In this document: positions 44,976 through 53,232 of the stretch, one piece after another | How positions within the stretch are numbered: the first letter of the stretch is position 1 | Layout: every line of letters starts with the position of its first letter | From: Actinomycetota bacterium | GTDB taxonomy: Bacteria > Actinomycetota > UBA4738 > HRBIN12 | Assembly: GCA_035490535.1 (NCBI GenBank) | Contig: DATHCP010000087.1 | Coordinates: 32,665 to 96,664, forward strand | Direction of reading: 5' to 3' | DNA: 64,000 nt | The notes under the pieces: generated by a model | The model's input: only the letters and a program-made list of their open reading frames with translations | What the model was told of the DNA's origin: nothing | Databases searched by the model: none | Made by a program: the position numbers and the translations under genes

Positions 44976-46553
44976 TCAGCCGTCGGGCGCCACGTCTTCC
45001 GGCACCGCGCGCAGTGCCACCTCCGAGGCCACGACGATCAGCGCGCGTCCGAAGATCTGGGAGAAGCGGTCGGCGACCGCGCGCGGCCGCCAGCCGGCCG
45101 GCACCGGGGCGACCACCTCGAAGCCGTCCCGCATCCAGTTGCACGACACGGGCGCCGGCGTGTCGGGCGGGATCCGCCGGTTCAGCTCGTCGGCCAGCAG
45201 CAGCGCCGCGGCCGCCCGTTCCACCGCGGGCCGGTCCGCGTCGTCGACGAGCCGCGCGTACGGGCCCGGGCGCCGGTGGTTCGCCCCGAGTCGCAGGATC
45301 GTCACGAGCGCCCCAAGGTCGGCGTGCGAGAAGCCGGCCAGGTCGGCCGCGCTGGCGATCGTGGCGGCGTGCTCGAAGCGGTCGTAGTAGTCGATCGCTC
45401 TCCCGATGTCGAGGAGCGTCGCGGCGTGCTCGAGCATCTCGCCGATCGACGGTGGCGCCGCGGGGTCGAGCGCCTCGGTCAGGCGCGTCGCGATCGATGC
45501 CCGCCGCCGCGCCGGCGCCTCTTCCCAGGTCGCGAACCGGGCGGCGAGGGTCGCGACGGAGATCGCGCGCACCCACGACGCCGGCGGGACGTCGCGCCCG
45601 AACGAGTCCAGCGCGAGGCCCTCGCGCAGGCCGCGGCTGGACACGACGAGCCGGCGCGCGCCGAGGTGGCGCATCACGCCGAGCACGACGGCGGCACCGC
45701 CGACGATCGAGTCCGCCCGGTCGGGGTTCAGCCCCGAGGCTTGGGCGCGGCGTTTCATCGACCGCTCGGCCAGGTCCTCGCCGATCGCCGCGAGGTGACG
45801 CTCCGAGAGCTCGTGGCCGTGCAGGATCTGCAACGGGTCCTCGCTGCGGTGCAGGTCGATCTTCGCGAGGTTGCGCACCGTGCCGCCGATCCCGACCAGC
45901 TCCTCGCCGGTCGCGAGCTCGGGAACGCCGGCATCGGCGAGCGTCGCGGCGACGTGTTCGCGGAGCTTCCGGAGCTCCTTCTCGGTCGGCGGATCGTTCT
46001 CCAGGAACAGGTCGGAGATCCGGAGCGATCCGAGCGGGAGGGTCCAGGACGCGTCGAGCTTGCGTTCGACGAACCGCGAGAGCTCCATGCTGCCCCCGCC
46101 GACGTCCATCGTGACGCCGCTCGTCACCGACAGATCGTGGACCGCGCCGAGGAAGCCGAGCCGAGCCTCCAGGTCACCGTCGATCACCTGGAGGTGGAAG
46201 CCCAGCCGGGCCGCCTGGGCGGCGAGCTCGGCGCCGTCCTCCGCGTCGCGCACCGCCGACGTCGCGACCGCGATGATCCGGGTGGCGCCGGCGCCGTCGG
46301 CCACCGCCCGGAAGTCGTGGAGCGCCTCGAGGGTGCGGGCGATCGCGCTCGGCCCCAGCCGATCCTCCTCGCGGAGCGCGCGCGCGAGCCGCAGCGGAGC
46401 CCGCGCGTCTTCCAAGACGTCGAGGTGTTCGCCCTCGCGGAGCCGGAACACGATCATCCGTGCGGAGTTCGAGCCGATGTCGACGACCGCGAACGGCCGA
46501 TCGGGCGCGCCGACCTCCGGCGCCGCGTCGCTCACCGGGGCATCCTCGCACAC
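44976..46553 (-). CDS. ppx: Ppx/GppA family exopolyphosphatase / guanosine pentaphosphate phosphohydrolase
   Basis: FAVVDIGSNSARMIVF, DVGGGSMEL and a C-terminal HD-like domain. The exact start (GTG 46553 or 46535) is uncertain. Confidence 0.85.
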   Translation of the reverse strand: MCEDAPVSDAAPEVGAPDRPFAVVDIGSNSARMIVFRLREGEHLDVLEDARAPLRLARALREEDRLGPSAIARTLEALHDFRAVADGAGATRIIAVATSAVRDAEDGAELAAQAARLGFHLQVIDGDLEARLGFLGAVHDLSVTSGVTMDVGGGSMELSRFVERKLDASWTLPLGSLRISDLFLENDPPTEKELRKLREHVAATLADAGVPELATGEELVGIGGTVRNLAKIDLHRSEDPLQILHGHELSERHLAAIGEDLAERSMKRRAQASGLNPDRADSIVGGAAVVLGVMRHLGARRLVVSSRGLREGLALDSFGRDVPPASWVRAISVATLAARFATWEEAPARRRASIATRLTEALDPAAPPSIGEMLEHAATLLDIGRAIDYYDRFEHAATIASAADLAGFSHADLGALVTILRLGANHRRPGPYARLVDDADRPAVERAAAALLLADELNRRIPPDTPAPVSCNWMRDGFEVVAPVPAGWRPRAVADRFSQIFGRALIVVASEVALRAVPEDVAPDG

Positions 46554-46590
46554 CGCGCCGGGAGCCCGTGCCCGCGGGCTCGGAGGGACG

Positions 46591-46596
46591 TAGCCT
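46591..46596 (+). promoter_or_regulatory. candidate -10 box (TAGCCT) for a leaderless transcript
   Basis: Fits TANNNT and ends 7 nt before GTG 46604. Confidence 0.4.
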
Positions 46597-46603
46597 GTCG
46601 GGC

Positions 46604-47002
46604 GTGCGACAGCATGTTCGGCTCGGCCTGAGCTTGATCGGGATCGTCGTCGCGGTGACCGGGTGCACGACGTCGACCACGACGCCCTCGGCCGGCGGCG
46701 TCACGAGGATCGCGATCTTGCATCCGGCGGACGGCGACCAGATCTACGGGAAGGAGGTCTCCGTCCTCGTCCACGTGAGCGTCGGTGATCCGACGTCGTC
46801 GGATGCGGTCGCGCGGGTCGTCTACATCCTCGACGGTCACCGCATCGCGACGAGCGCATCGCCCGACCGGGAGCTCCGCCACCTCCACTACGGCGAGCAC
46901 GTCCTGCGGGTCGAACTCGTTGGGCGGGATCTGCGTCCGCTCGACCCGCCGGTCACGGCGAGAGTGACCTTCGAAACCGCGAGCCTCGCGAGCGACGAGT
47001 AG
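46604..47002 (+). CDS. small secreted lipoprotein, Ig-like, distant paralog of 5650-6117
   Basis: VRQHVRLGLSLIGIVVAVTG|CTTS lipobox. IAILHPADGDQIYGKEVSVLVHV...GEHVLRVELVG...VTFE parallels the 5650-6117 protein block for block. Confidence 0.5.
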   Translation: MRQHVRLGLSLIGIVVAVTGCTTSTTTPSAGGVTRIAILHPADGDQIYGKEVSVLVHVSVGDPTSSDAVARVVYILDGHRIATSASPDRELRHLHYGEHVLRVELVGRDLRPLDPPVTARVTFETASLASDE

Positions 47003-47107
47003 ATCGCGGCGACCACGATCTCGGAGCGTGCCGGGCCCGGGGCGCGTCGACATCGCTCCGAGCGGGTGGCTGACCACCGCCGCTCCGGGACGACGGACGC
47101 GATCGCC

Positions 47108-47821
47108 TCACGCGGATCCGGCGCCGTCCTCCGCGAGTGATACCAGCACCGACGCGAGCGCGTCGGGAGCCGACAGGAACGGGGAGTGGCCGGTGGCGAG
47201 TTCGACCGGGTCGACCCCCAGGATCGATCGCGCGGCTCGTCGCGACCACACCGGGTTGATCACCGGGTCGCGGGCCCCGATGACGGAGGTCGAAGGCGTA
47301 TCCGGCCATCGATCGAGGGGGGTGACCTCCTGGGTGATCTTCCAGCACTGGCCCCGCAACCGCGCGCACGCCCAGGCGGCGGTCGCCGCGTCGCAGTCGG
47401 CGAAGAACCACGCCGCGGCCGCGTCCGCCGGCCACCGGGTGGTGCCGGGCGGATCCTCGTACGCACCGCCGCGAGGAGGGGGCAGTCCCATGTCGGGCGA
47501 CTCCCGTTGGAGGTCATCGTGGATCCGGCCGGGCTCGGGCAGCATGGCGCACAGGAACACCATGCGCTGCACGGGTCGTCGTTCCGCGATCAGGGGGATC
47601 GTGAGCCCGCCGAGCGAGTGGCCCACGAGGATCAGATCCTGGCCCGCACCGGAGAACGCTTCGACGGCCACCTGCGCGTATCGGTCCGCGCCCGCCTCCG
47701 GATCTTCGCACGGAAGGTCCACCGTGAGGGCCTCGTGCCCCGCTGCGCGCAGTTCCGGAGCGAGCCGCTCCCAGCACCAGCCGCCGTGATAGGCACCGTG
47801 AACGAGGCCGAACGTCGCCGT
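47108..47821 (-). CDS. alpha/beta hydrolase (esterase-like); N-terminus lacks a canonical start codon
   Basis: GHSLGG nucleophile elbow. The conserved ATFGLVHGAYHGGWCWERL strand/oxyanion region is in frame upstream of the listed GTG 47722, but it can only be reached from ACG 47821. That codon sits 6 nt after GGGAGA. See findings. Confidence 0.6.
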   Translation of the reverse strand, partial: TATFGLVHGAYHGGWCWERLAPELRAAGHEALTVDLPCEDPEAGADRYAQVAVEAFSGAGQDLILVGHSLGGLTIPLIAERRPVQRMVFLCAMLPEPGRIHDDLQRESPDMGLPPPRGGAYEDPPGTTRWPADAAAAWFFADCDAATAAWACARLRGQCWKITQEVTPLDRWPDTPSTSVIGARDPVINPVWSRRAARSILGVDPVELATGHSPFLSAPDALASVLVSLAEDGAGSA

Positions 47822-47871
47822 TGCTCGTCTCCCGTCTCAGGAGCCACGATGCTATCGCTCGGGGATCGCGA

Positions 47872-49350
47872 TCAGGTGCGTCGACCCGAGAGCACGTGCG
47901 ACAGCCGCTCTGCCACCGCGATCGCCCAGAGGTGGGGGAACCCCGACGGCGGCTCAGGAACGATCGAGGCGTCGATCACGTGCAGCCCGTCGGTTCCGTG
48001 AACGCGGCCGTCGGCGTCGACCACGGCCCCCGCCTCGGGTGAGCGGCCCATCGCACAGGTCCCGACGACGTGCGGGAGCGAGTACGCCTCCGCGCGGACC
48101 CGCGCACGGCTCGCGTCGTCGTTCCCGAAGGCCGGCGGCGGATCGCCGCACCCCGCCCGTACGGCGGGGTCGGACACGACCTCGTGCGCGCGGCGGCACG
48201 CCTCGAGCAGTCGATCGACGTCGGTGTCGTCAAGCGGGGGAAGGTCGATCCGCGGTGCGTCGCTCGGATCGGCCGAGCGGAGTCGAACCGTTCCGCCACC
48301 GCGCGGCTTCATCAGCACCGCCGCGATCCCGAGTTCCGGGGGATCGCCGGACGGATCGCTCGTCCACAGCAGGAGATCGGGCGGACCGTCGGCCCGGGCG
48401 CCGTCGCTGTGGAACGTGGCGATCGTGTGCAGGAGCGGTGCGTCGCGTCCGGGCCCGTGGTAGGCGGGCGCGACCTCGACGCCGGGATGGTCGCGCAGGT
48501 TCCGGCCGACCCCGTCCAGCGGGACGCGGACCGTGACCCCGAGTTCGCGCAGTTCGTCCGCCGGCCCGATCCCGGACCGGAGCAGGATGGGCGGGCTCCC
48601 GTACACGCCAGCGGACAGCACCACGCGCCCGGCCTCGATCACCGAGCCGTCGGCCAGCCGGACGCCGCTCGCGCGGTCGTCGTCGAGGATCACGGCGTCG
48701 ACGGTGCGATCGGGCAGGACCGTGAGCGTCGACGGGACGCGCTCCGGCGCGAGGTAGGCGTCCGCGGTCGTCGCGCGGAGCCCGTCCCGGACGCTCATCG
48801 GCATCCGTCCGACGCCGACCGCGCCGGGAGCGTTGTGATCGTCGACCGGCGGGAAGCCGGACCGCTCCATCGCGGCACCGATCGCCGCGAGGGCCGGGGT
48901 CGCTGGCACATCGAGGGCCCGTCCGATCGGGATCGGACCGGCGTCCCCGTGCCAGGGCTGGTCGGGATGGTCGAGGTCGTTCTCGAGCCGGACGAACGCC
49001 GGCAGCAGGTCCTCGGGCGTCCATCCGTCGACATCCCAGGCTTCGAGGTCGTCGAGCGAACCGCGGACCGCGAACCGGGTGAGCCACGAGGTACCGCCCA
49101 CCAGCCGTCCGCGTCGCAGGGGCGTCGTCTCCCCGTCGGCGTCGGGCTCCGATCGGAAGCCCCAATCGACGTCCCAGTCGGCGCCAGCCGGCAGACGCCA
49201 GCCGTCGCGCAGCGCCGGCGCCACGGCGCCGCGGCGGTCCGGCCCGGCCTCCACGAGCAGCACCGACGATCCGGCCTCCGCGAGCCGCGCGCCGATCACA
49301 CAGCCGGCCGCGCCCGCACCGACCACCACGACGTCGTGCGCGTCGCCCAC
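47872..49350 (-). CDS. GMC family FAD-dependent oxidoreductase (choline dehydrogenase-like)
   Basis: GTG 49350 behind GGAGAGGGG. FAD motif DVVVVGAGAAGCVIGARLAE. The C-terminal GMC active-site region contains HVVGTCAMG. Confidence 0.85.
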   Translation of the reverse strand: MGDAHDVVVVGAGAAGCVIGARLAEAGSSVLLVEAGPDRRGAVAPALRDGWRLPAGADWDVDWGFRSEPDADGETTPLRRGRLVGGTSWLTRFAVRGSLDDLEAWDVDGWTPEDLLPAFVRLENDLDHPDQPWHGDAGPIPIGRALDVPATPALAAIGAAMERSGFPPVDDHNAPGAVGVGRMPMSVRDGLRATTADAYLAPERVPSTLTVLPDRTVDAVILDDDRASGVRLADGSVIEAGRVVLSAGVYGSPPILLRSGIGPADELRELGVTVRVPLDGVGRNLRDHPGVEVAPAYHGPGRDAPLLHTIATFHSDGARADGPPDLLLWTSDPSGDPPELGIAAVLMKPRGGGTVRLRSADPSDAPRIDLPPLDDTDVDRLLEACRRAHEVVSDPAVRAGCGDPPPAFGNDDASRARVRAEAYSLPHVVGTCAMGRSPEAGAVVDADGRVHGTDGLHVIDASIVPEPPSGFPHLWAIAVAERLSHVLSGRRT

Positions 49351-49374
49351 GGAGCCCCTCTCCGGTTCGGACAG

Positions 49375-49467
49375 CGGAGGCGGACGGGAATCGAACCCGC
49401 CAGGGAGCTCGTCGCCCCCTCAACGGTTTTGAAGACCGCGGAGCCCACCAGGAACCCAGACGCCTCC
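49375..49467 (-). tRNA. selC: tRNA-Sec (anticodon UCA), 93 nt, CCA not encoded
   Basis: Read on the minus strand: acceptor GGAGGCG/CGCCTCC. Anticodon stem GCGGT/ACCGT with loop CUUCAAA (anticodon at 49432..49430). Long variable arm AGGGGGC..GCTCCCT. T arm GCGGG-TTCGATT-CCCGT. One extra nucleotide between the T stem and acceptor gives 13 stacked pairs. Discriminator is G. Confidence 0.7.
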
Positions 49468-49473
49468 GCCCGG

Positions 49474-49479
49474 AGCCTA
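49474..49479 (-). promoter_or_regulatory. candidate -10 box (TAGGCT) for the tRNA
   Basis: The minus-strand TAGGCT ends 6 nt before the first acceptor-stem G (49467). Confidence 0.4.
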
Positions 49480-49574
49480 GCCGACGGCGTCCCACGACGA
49501 TCCGACGATGATCCGGCATCTGATCGGTGCGCTTCCGCTCAATGTCGCGGCTCCGCCCTACGATGCTTCTCGAG

Positions 49575-50378
49575 ATGGAAGCGGCGTTCTTCGACCTCGA
49601 CAAGACGATCATCAGCCGGTCGTCCTCGCTGGCGCTGTCGCGCCCCTTGTACCGGGCTGGCATGGTCTCGCGCGGCCAGCTCTTGCGCGGCGCGTATGCC
49701 CAGCTGGTCTACCTGCTGGTCGGAGCGGACGAGCAGAAGATGGACCGCCTGAAGGAAGGGATGCTCCAGCTCACGAAGGGCTGGGATCGTGCGCAGGTCG
49801 AAGGCTTGGTCCAGGACGTGATCCTCGACGTGATCGATCCTTACGTCTATCAAGAGGCGCTCGATCTGATCGAGCTGCATCGCAGCGAGGGGCGCCGGAT
49901 CTACATCGTGTCGTCCTCGCCCGAGGAGGTCGTGCGTCCGCTCGCGCGCCACTTCGGCGTCTCCGGCGTGATCGCGACCCGAGCGCAGGTCGGCGCGGAC
50001 GGGCGATACACGGGGGAGCTCGAGTTCTACGCCTACGGCGAGCAGAAGGCGCTGGCGATCCGCCAGCTCGCGGACCGCGTCGACATCGATCTGGGCGGCT
50101 CCTACGCCTACTCGGACTCGATCACCGACCTCCCGATGCTCCTCGAGGTGGGACATCCGGTCGCGGTCAACGCCGACAAGGATCTGCGGCGCGAGGCCGA
50201 TGAACGGGGCTGGGAGATCCGCGACTTCCGGAGCCCCGTCCGACTGCGGAGCCGCATCGCCTCGGCCGTGCCGGCCCCGAAGACGAGCCTCGCTGCGGCG
50301 GGCGTCGGGGTCGCGGCGGTCGCGGCCGTGCTGGTTTGGGTCGCGCTCCGTTCCCGCGACCGACGCGACCCCGCCTGA
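49575..50378 (+). CDS. HAD-IB family hydrolase (SerB-like phosphatase) with C-terminal TM anchor
   Basis: MEAAFFDLDKT (DxDxT), SSSPEEVV, YSDSITDLPML. C-terminal span LAAAGVGVAAVAAVLVWVAL. ATG 49575 is preferred because TACGAT (49559-49564) overlaps the earlier ATG 49563. Confidence 0.8.
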   Translation: MEAAFFDLDKTIISRSSSLALSRPLYRAGMVSRGQLLRGAYAQLVYLLVGADEQKMDRLKEGMLQLTKGWDRAQVEGLVQDVILDVIDPYVYQEALDLIELHRSEGRRIYIVSSSPEEVVRPLARHFGVSGVIATRAQVGADGRYTGELEFYAYGEQKALAIRQLADRVDIDLGGSYAYSDSITDLPMLLEVGHPVAVNADKDLRREADERGWEIRDFRSPVRLRSRIASAVPAPKTSLAAAGVGVAAVAAVLVWVALRSRDRRDPA

Positions 50379-50454
50379 GGCGCGCTGCGTCGCCGCGGCG
50401 TTGCTGCTTCGCACGGCACGGGTGTACGTTGGATGTGGGTACCGAGAGGCACCC

Positions 50455-50573
50455 GCGAGGGGAGCAGAACCCACGCGCGAGTCATGCCGCGGGAGGCATG
50501 CCCCAGGACCCGGAGCGATGGCTCCGGCTCCCGGGGCACGTGCGGACAAGCGCCTGATACCTGCTCCCCTCGC
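50455..50573. repeat. perfect 13-bp inverted repeat enclosing 93 nt with internal hairpins
   Basis: GCGAGGGGAGCAG (50455-50467) pairs with CTGCTCCCCTCGC (50561-50573). Inside are CATGCC-GCGGGA-GGCATG (50483-50500) and CCGGAGC-GATG-GCTCCGG (50510-50527). It lies between two convergent genes. Confidence 0.6.
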
Positions 50574-50591
50574 TCACGGAGAGCCGCGGAC

Positions 50592-51833
50592 CTAGTCCTG
50601 GATCGAGGTCCGCCCGCGGAAGCGGAACAGCGCCCCTTGCGGGAAGGCGTCCGTTCCCGCCCATCCGAACCCCGAACGCGCCATCGCCTGCACGAGCTCG
50701 CTCGACTGCTCCGGCGGGTCGCCCGGCTTGTTCGTGGCGGGGTTCAACACGATCGCCGCACCGAACGGACGCGCGGTCAGCGGCCCCTCGGGATCGGTCG
50801 GGGAGGCGGTCGCGACGAAGCACGGTCCGACGCCCGCCACGTCGGCGGCATGGCCCATCGTTTGCAGCCGCGTCATCGCCGAACGCAAGAGCCCGAGGAT
50901 CCTCTCGTTACAGGTGACCGTGCCGAGGACGGGCAGGCTGGTCGACGTGATGTGGTCCTGGATCCAGGCCGGGTCGATCCGGATCAGCCCCGGCGCCGCG
51001 GGATCCGGATACGCGGTGAACTCGCCGAACCGGCGCTTCAACAGCACGGGGGGCAGCTCGCCGTCGTTCGCACGCAGGTACGGCGTCTCCCCCGGCGAGC
51101 GGACCTCGACGACCGGATGCGGCACGCCGAGTGGGAGGTACTGCACCATCTTCTGCGCGAGCTCCTGGGCGGTGATCGTGGCGTTGGGCGCGACGTGGAA
51201 CAGCACGTACCGGTCATGGGTCACGCCGAGCTGCTGGCCGGTGGCGCGGTCCACCAGGAGCTCGTAGCCGCCCATCATCGCGTCCGGCAGGGTGCCCACG
51301 ACCTTGATGTCCACGCTTCCGTCGAAGGTGAGGGTCGCGCCGCGACGCAGCCCCCGCAGCTGGGCCTCCGACTCGGACAGGATCCCCTGGCCCGGCTGGA
51401 GCTCCGCCACCTGACCCCGTTCCGGCTGCGGCAGGAAGGAGGGGAAGCTCCGCAGGTCCACCCCGGTGGTGTCGATCGGGATCATGTAGGGCGCGGTCGG
51501 CGTGTCGATCGCCACGCCGGCGCCGTTCGTCGAACCGGTCATCCACGCGATGTCGGCCGCTGCCGTCGTGGTGTTGGTGACGGCCGGGATCGCCGTGAGG
51601 CTCGCGCCGAAGTCCTCCGGCACGCCGCCCGGCACCCAAGCGAGCCAGGCTTCCGGCGTCGTGACGACCGGGCTCGACGGGACGCTCGTGGGAGGTGGGC
51701 CCGTGGGCGCCCCCTCGCCGGTGCTCTTCGAGCCGACCCGGCCGGCGGCGTAGACCAGCGTCGTTCCGGCCACGACGATCACGACGAACGCGGTGATGCC
51801 GCGGATCAAGGCGCTGCGGGAGAGGTCGTCCAT
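50592..51833 (-). CDS. membrane-anchored M15-peptidase-like protein with all zinc ligands replaced (probable pseudoenzyme)
   Basis: N-terminal TM ITAFVVIVVAGTTLVYAA. Middle domain resembles a MacB/FtsX periplasmic domain. The C-terminal domain aligns with 53561-54799 but reads ARPFGAAIVLN and QGALFRF where the paralog has SQHAYGAAIDIN and DGMHFEY. Confidence 0.7.
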   Translation of the reverse strand: MDDLSRSALIRGITAFVVIVVAGTTLVYAAGRVGSKSTGEGAPTGPPPTSVPSSPVVTTPEAWLAWVPGGVPEDFGASLTAIPAVTNTTTAAADIAWMTGSTNGAGVAIDTPTAPYMIPIDTTGVDLRSFPSFLPQPERGQVAELQPGQGILSESEAQLRGLRRGATLTFDGSVDIKVVGTLPDAMMGGYELLVDRATGQQLGVTHDRYVLFHVAPNATITAQELAQKMVQYLPLGVPHPVVEVRSPGETPYLRANDGELPPVLLKRRFGEFTAYPDPAAPGLIRIDPAWIQDHITSTSLPVLGTVTCNERILGLLRSAMTRLQTMGHAADVAGVGPCFVATASPTDPEGPLTARPFGAAIVLNPATNKPGDPPEQSSELVQAMARSGFGWAGTDAFPQGALFRFRGRTSIQD

Positions 51834-51879
51834 GGCCTCGCCCGAGTCTATGCCGGGCCACCGCGCCGCCCCGGGAGGC

Positions 51880-52131
51880 TCAGCCCGACGCGGCCGGGTG
51901 CTCGAGGATGCCGGCCAGGCGCTCGGCGCGCTCGGCCGCGCGCAGTGGCGCGCCCTCGGCGACCGCGCGCGCGATCACCCGAAGTTCGCGCTCGATCGTG
52001 GGCGTGAGCGCCGCGGCCCGCTGATGGACGAGCGGATCGAGCCGCTCCACCGCGCGGTCGAGGCGACCGAACGCCCCCCCGGCGGCGTCGCGCCGCCTGC
52101 GGTAGCGCTCGAGCGAGATCACGCGTCCCAT
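51880..52131 (-). CDS. small hypothetical protein (83 aa, helical, Arg-rich)
   Basis: ATG 52131. Third positions are strongly G/C. It fits the 35-46 nt spacing of the surrounding same-strand genes. No recognisable motif. Confidence 0.35.
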   Translation of the reverse strand: MGRVISLERYRRRRDAAGGAFGRLDRAVERLDPLVHQRAAALTPTIERELRVIARAVAEGAPLRAAERAERLAGILEHPAASG

Positions 52132-52166
52132 GCCGGCCACCGTAGCGGCCGGGTCTGACACGCTCC

Positions 52167-53231
52167 TCAGGCGGAGACCGCGCGCACGCTGGTCACCGGC
52201 GCGAGCCTCGGGGCGACCGTGAACCACGGCCCGCCGGTGCTGCCGAAGACCTCGCCGCTCGTGGCCCCGAACCACAGGCTCAGGTCCTCTCCCGAGCCCG
52301 AGGTCCCGAAGGCCTGGCGCAGGATCGTGATCCACGCGTCGTGCGCAGGCAGCCCCTCGCCCGCGACCCACGACGCGCCGGCGTCCCGCGTGCCGAACAC
52401 GCGTACCGTCCCCTCGGGGGTGACGCGGTCCTCCGCGCCCACCAGCGGGATCACGAAGGCGCTGTCCGGATCGGCCGGATCGATCGCGAGCGGGAAGCCG
52501 AAGCCGCTCGGAAGTGGCGCGGCGATGTCGTTCCAGGTGATGCCGGCGTCGTCGCTCCGATACACGCTTCCGTGGAACTGCATGAACAGCCGCTCCGGCC
52601 GCAGGGGAGCGCGATGCATGTTATGGACGCAGAGCTGGTTCGTGCCCTCCCGCGCGTCCTCGGGCATGTACTCCGGAACGAGTCCGGTGAAGCCCGACCG
52701 CCACGACGCGCCCCCGTCCTCGGTCAGCCACACGCCCGCAGCCGACACGCCGATCGCCAGCCGGTCCGGGTGGCCCGGCCACGGACAGATCGAGTGCAGC
52801 GCCAGGCCGCCGGCGCCCGGCTGCCAATCGCCCTCGATCCGCTGGGCCCACAGCGCGTCGTTCAGCGACCAGGACTCGCCGCCGTCGGTGCTGACGAACA
52901 ACGCGGCCGGCGCGACGCCCGCGTAGAGCACGCCGTCGGCTTCGCCCGGCTGCACGATCCAGATCCGCTCGACCGCCTCGTCCTTCCCCTCCGGGAACGC
53001 GGGACCCGCCGCGGTTCGCCACTCCTCGGCCGTGACGTCGTCCGTCCACATCAGCCGGGGACCGTAGAACCCGCTGGTCACCGAGGCGAAGGTCCGGCCC
53101 GTCCGCGGATCTCGAACGGCGAACTCGACGACCTGTCCCGCGAACGCACGCGTCGTGACGCGGAACGTTCCCGGCCCCTCGCCCTGCAGGACGAACAGCC
53201 CTTTCTTCGTGCCGATCAAGAGCTCGTGCAT
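52167..53231 (-). CDS. BNR/Asp-box repeat beta-propeller protein (sialidase-fold, function unknown)
   Basis: Four Asp-boxes: STDGGESW, TEDGGASW, SDDAGITW and TRDAGASW. No signal peptide. ATG 53231 lies 1 nt after the upstream stop. Confidence 0.8.
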   Translation of the reverse strand: MHELLIGTKKGLFVLQGEGPGTFRVTTRAFAGQVVEFAVRDPRTGRTFASVTSGFYGPRLMWTDDVTAEEWRTAAGPAFPEGKDEAVERIWIVQPGEADGVLYAGVAPAALFVSTDGGESWSLNDALWAQRIEGDWQPGAGGLALHSICPWPGHPDRLAIGVSAAGVWLTEDGGASWRSGFTGLVPEYMPEDAREGTNQLCVHNMHRAPLRPERLFMQFHGSVYRSDDAGITWNDIAAPLPSGFGFPLAIDPADPDSAFVIPLVGAEDRVTPEGTVRVFGTRDAGASWVAGEGLPAHDAWITILRQAFGTSGSGEDLSLWFGATSGEVFGSTGGPWFTVAPRLAPVTSVRAVSA

Positions 53232-53232
53232 C

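Noticed and set aside
47514-47847. ORFs 47514..47777 and 47632..47847 overlapping the 5' part of the alpha/beta hydrolase gene.
   Set aside because: They are out-of-frame shadows. The hydrolase frame encodes the recognisable HG/oxyanion and GHSLGG motifs across the same DNA.
49351-49600. tRNA-Sec as the attachment site of a genomic island (as selC is in enterobacteria).
   Set aside because: There is no integrase, no phage or IS genes, no duplicated tRNA 3' segment and no compositional break visible on either side within the window.
50455-50573. Possibility that the inverted-repeat unit is a c-di-AMP (ydaO-type) riboswitch controlling the neighbouring wall-hydrolase-like gene.
   Set aside because: It lies 3' of both flanking genes, so it cannot be a leader. 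I cannot match the conserved ydaO core by eye. It is kept only as a generic structured element.
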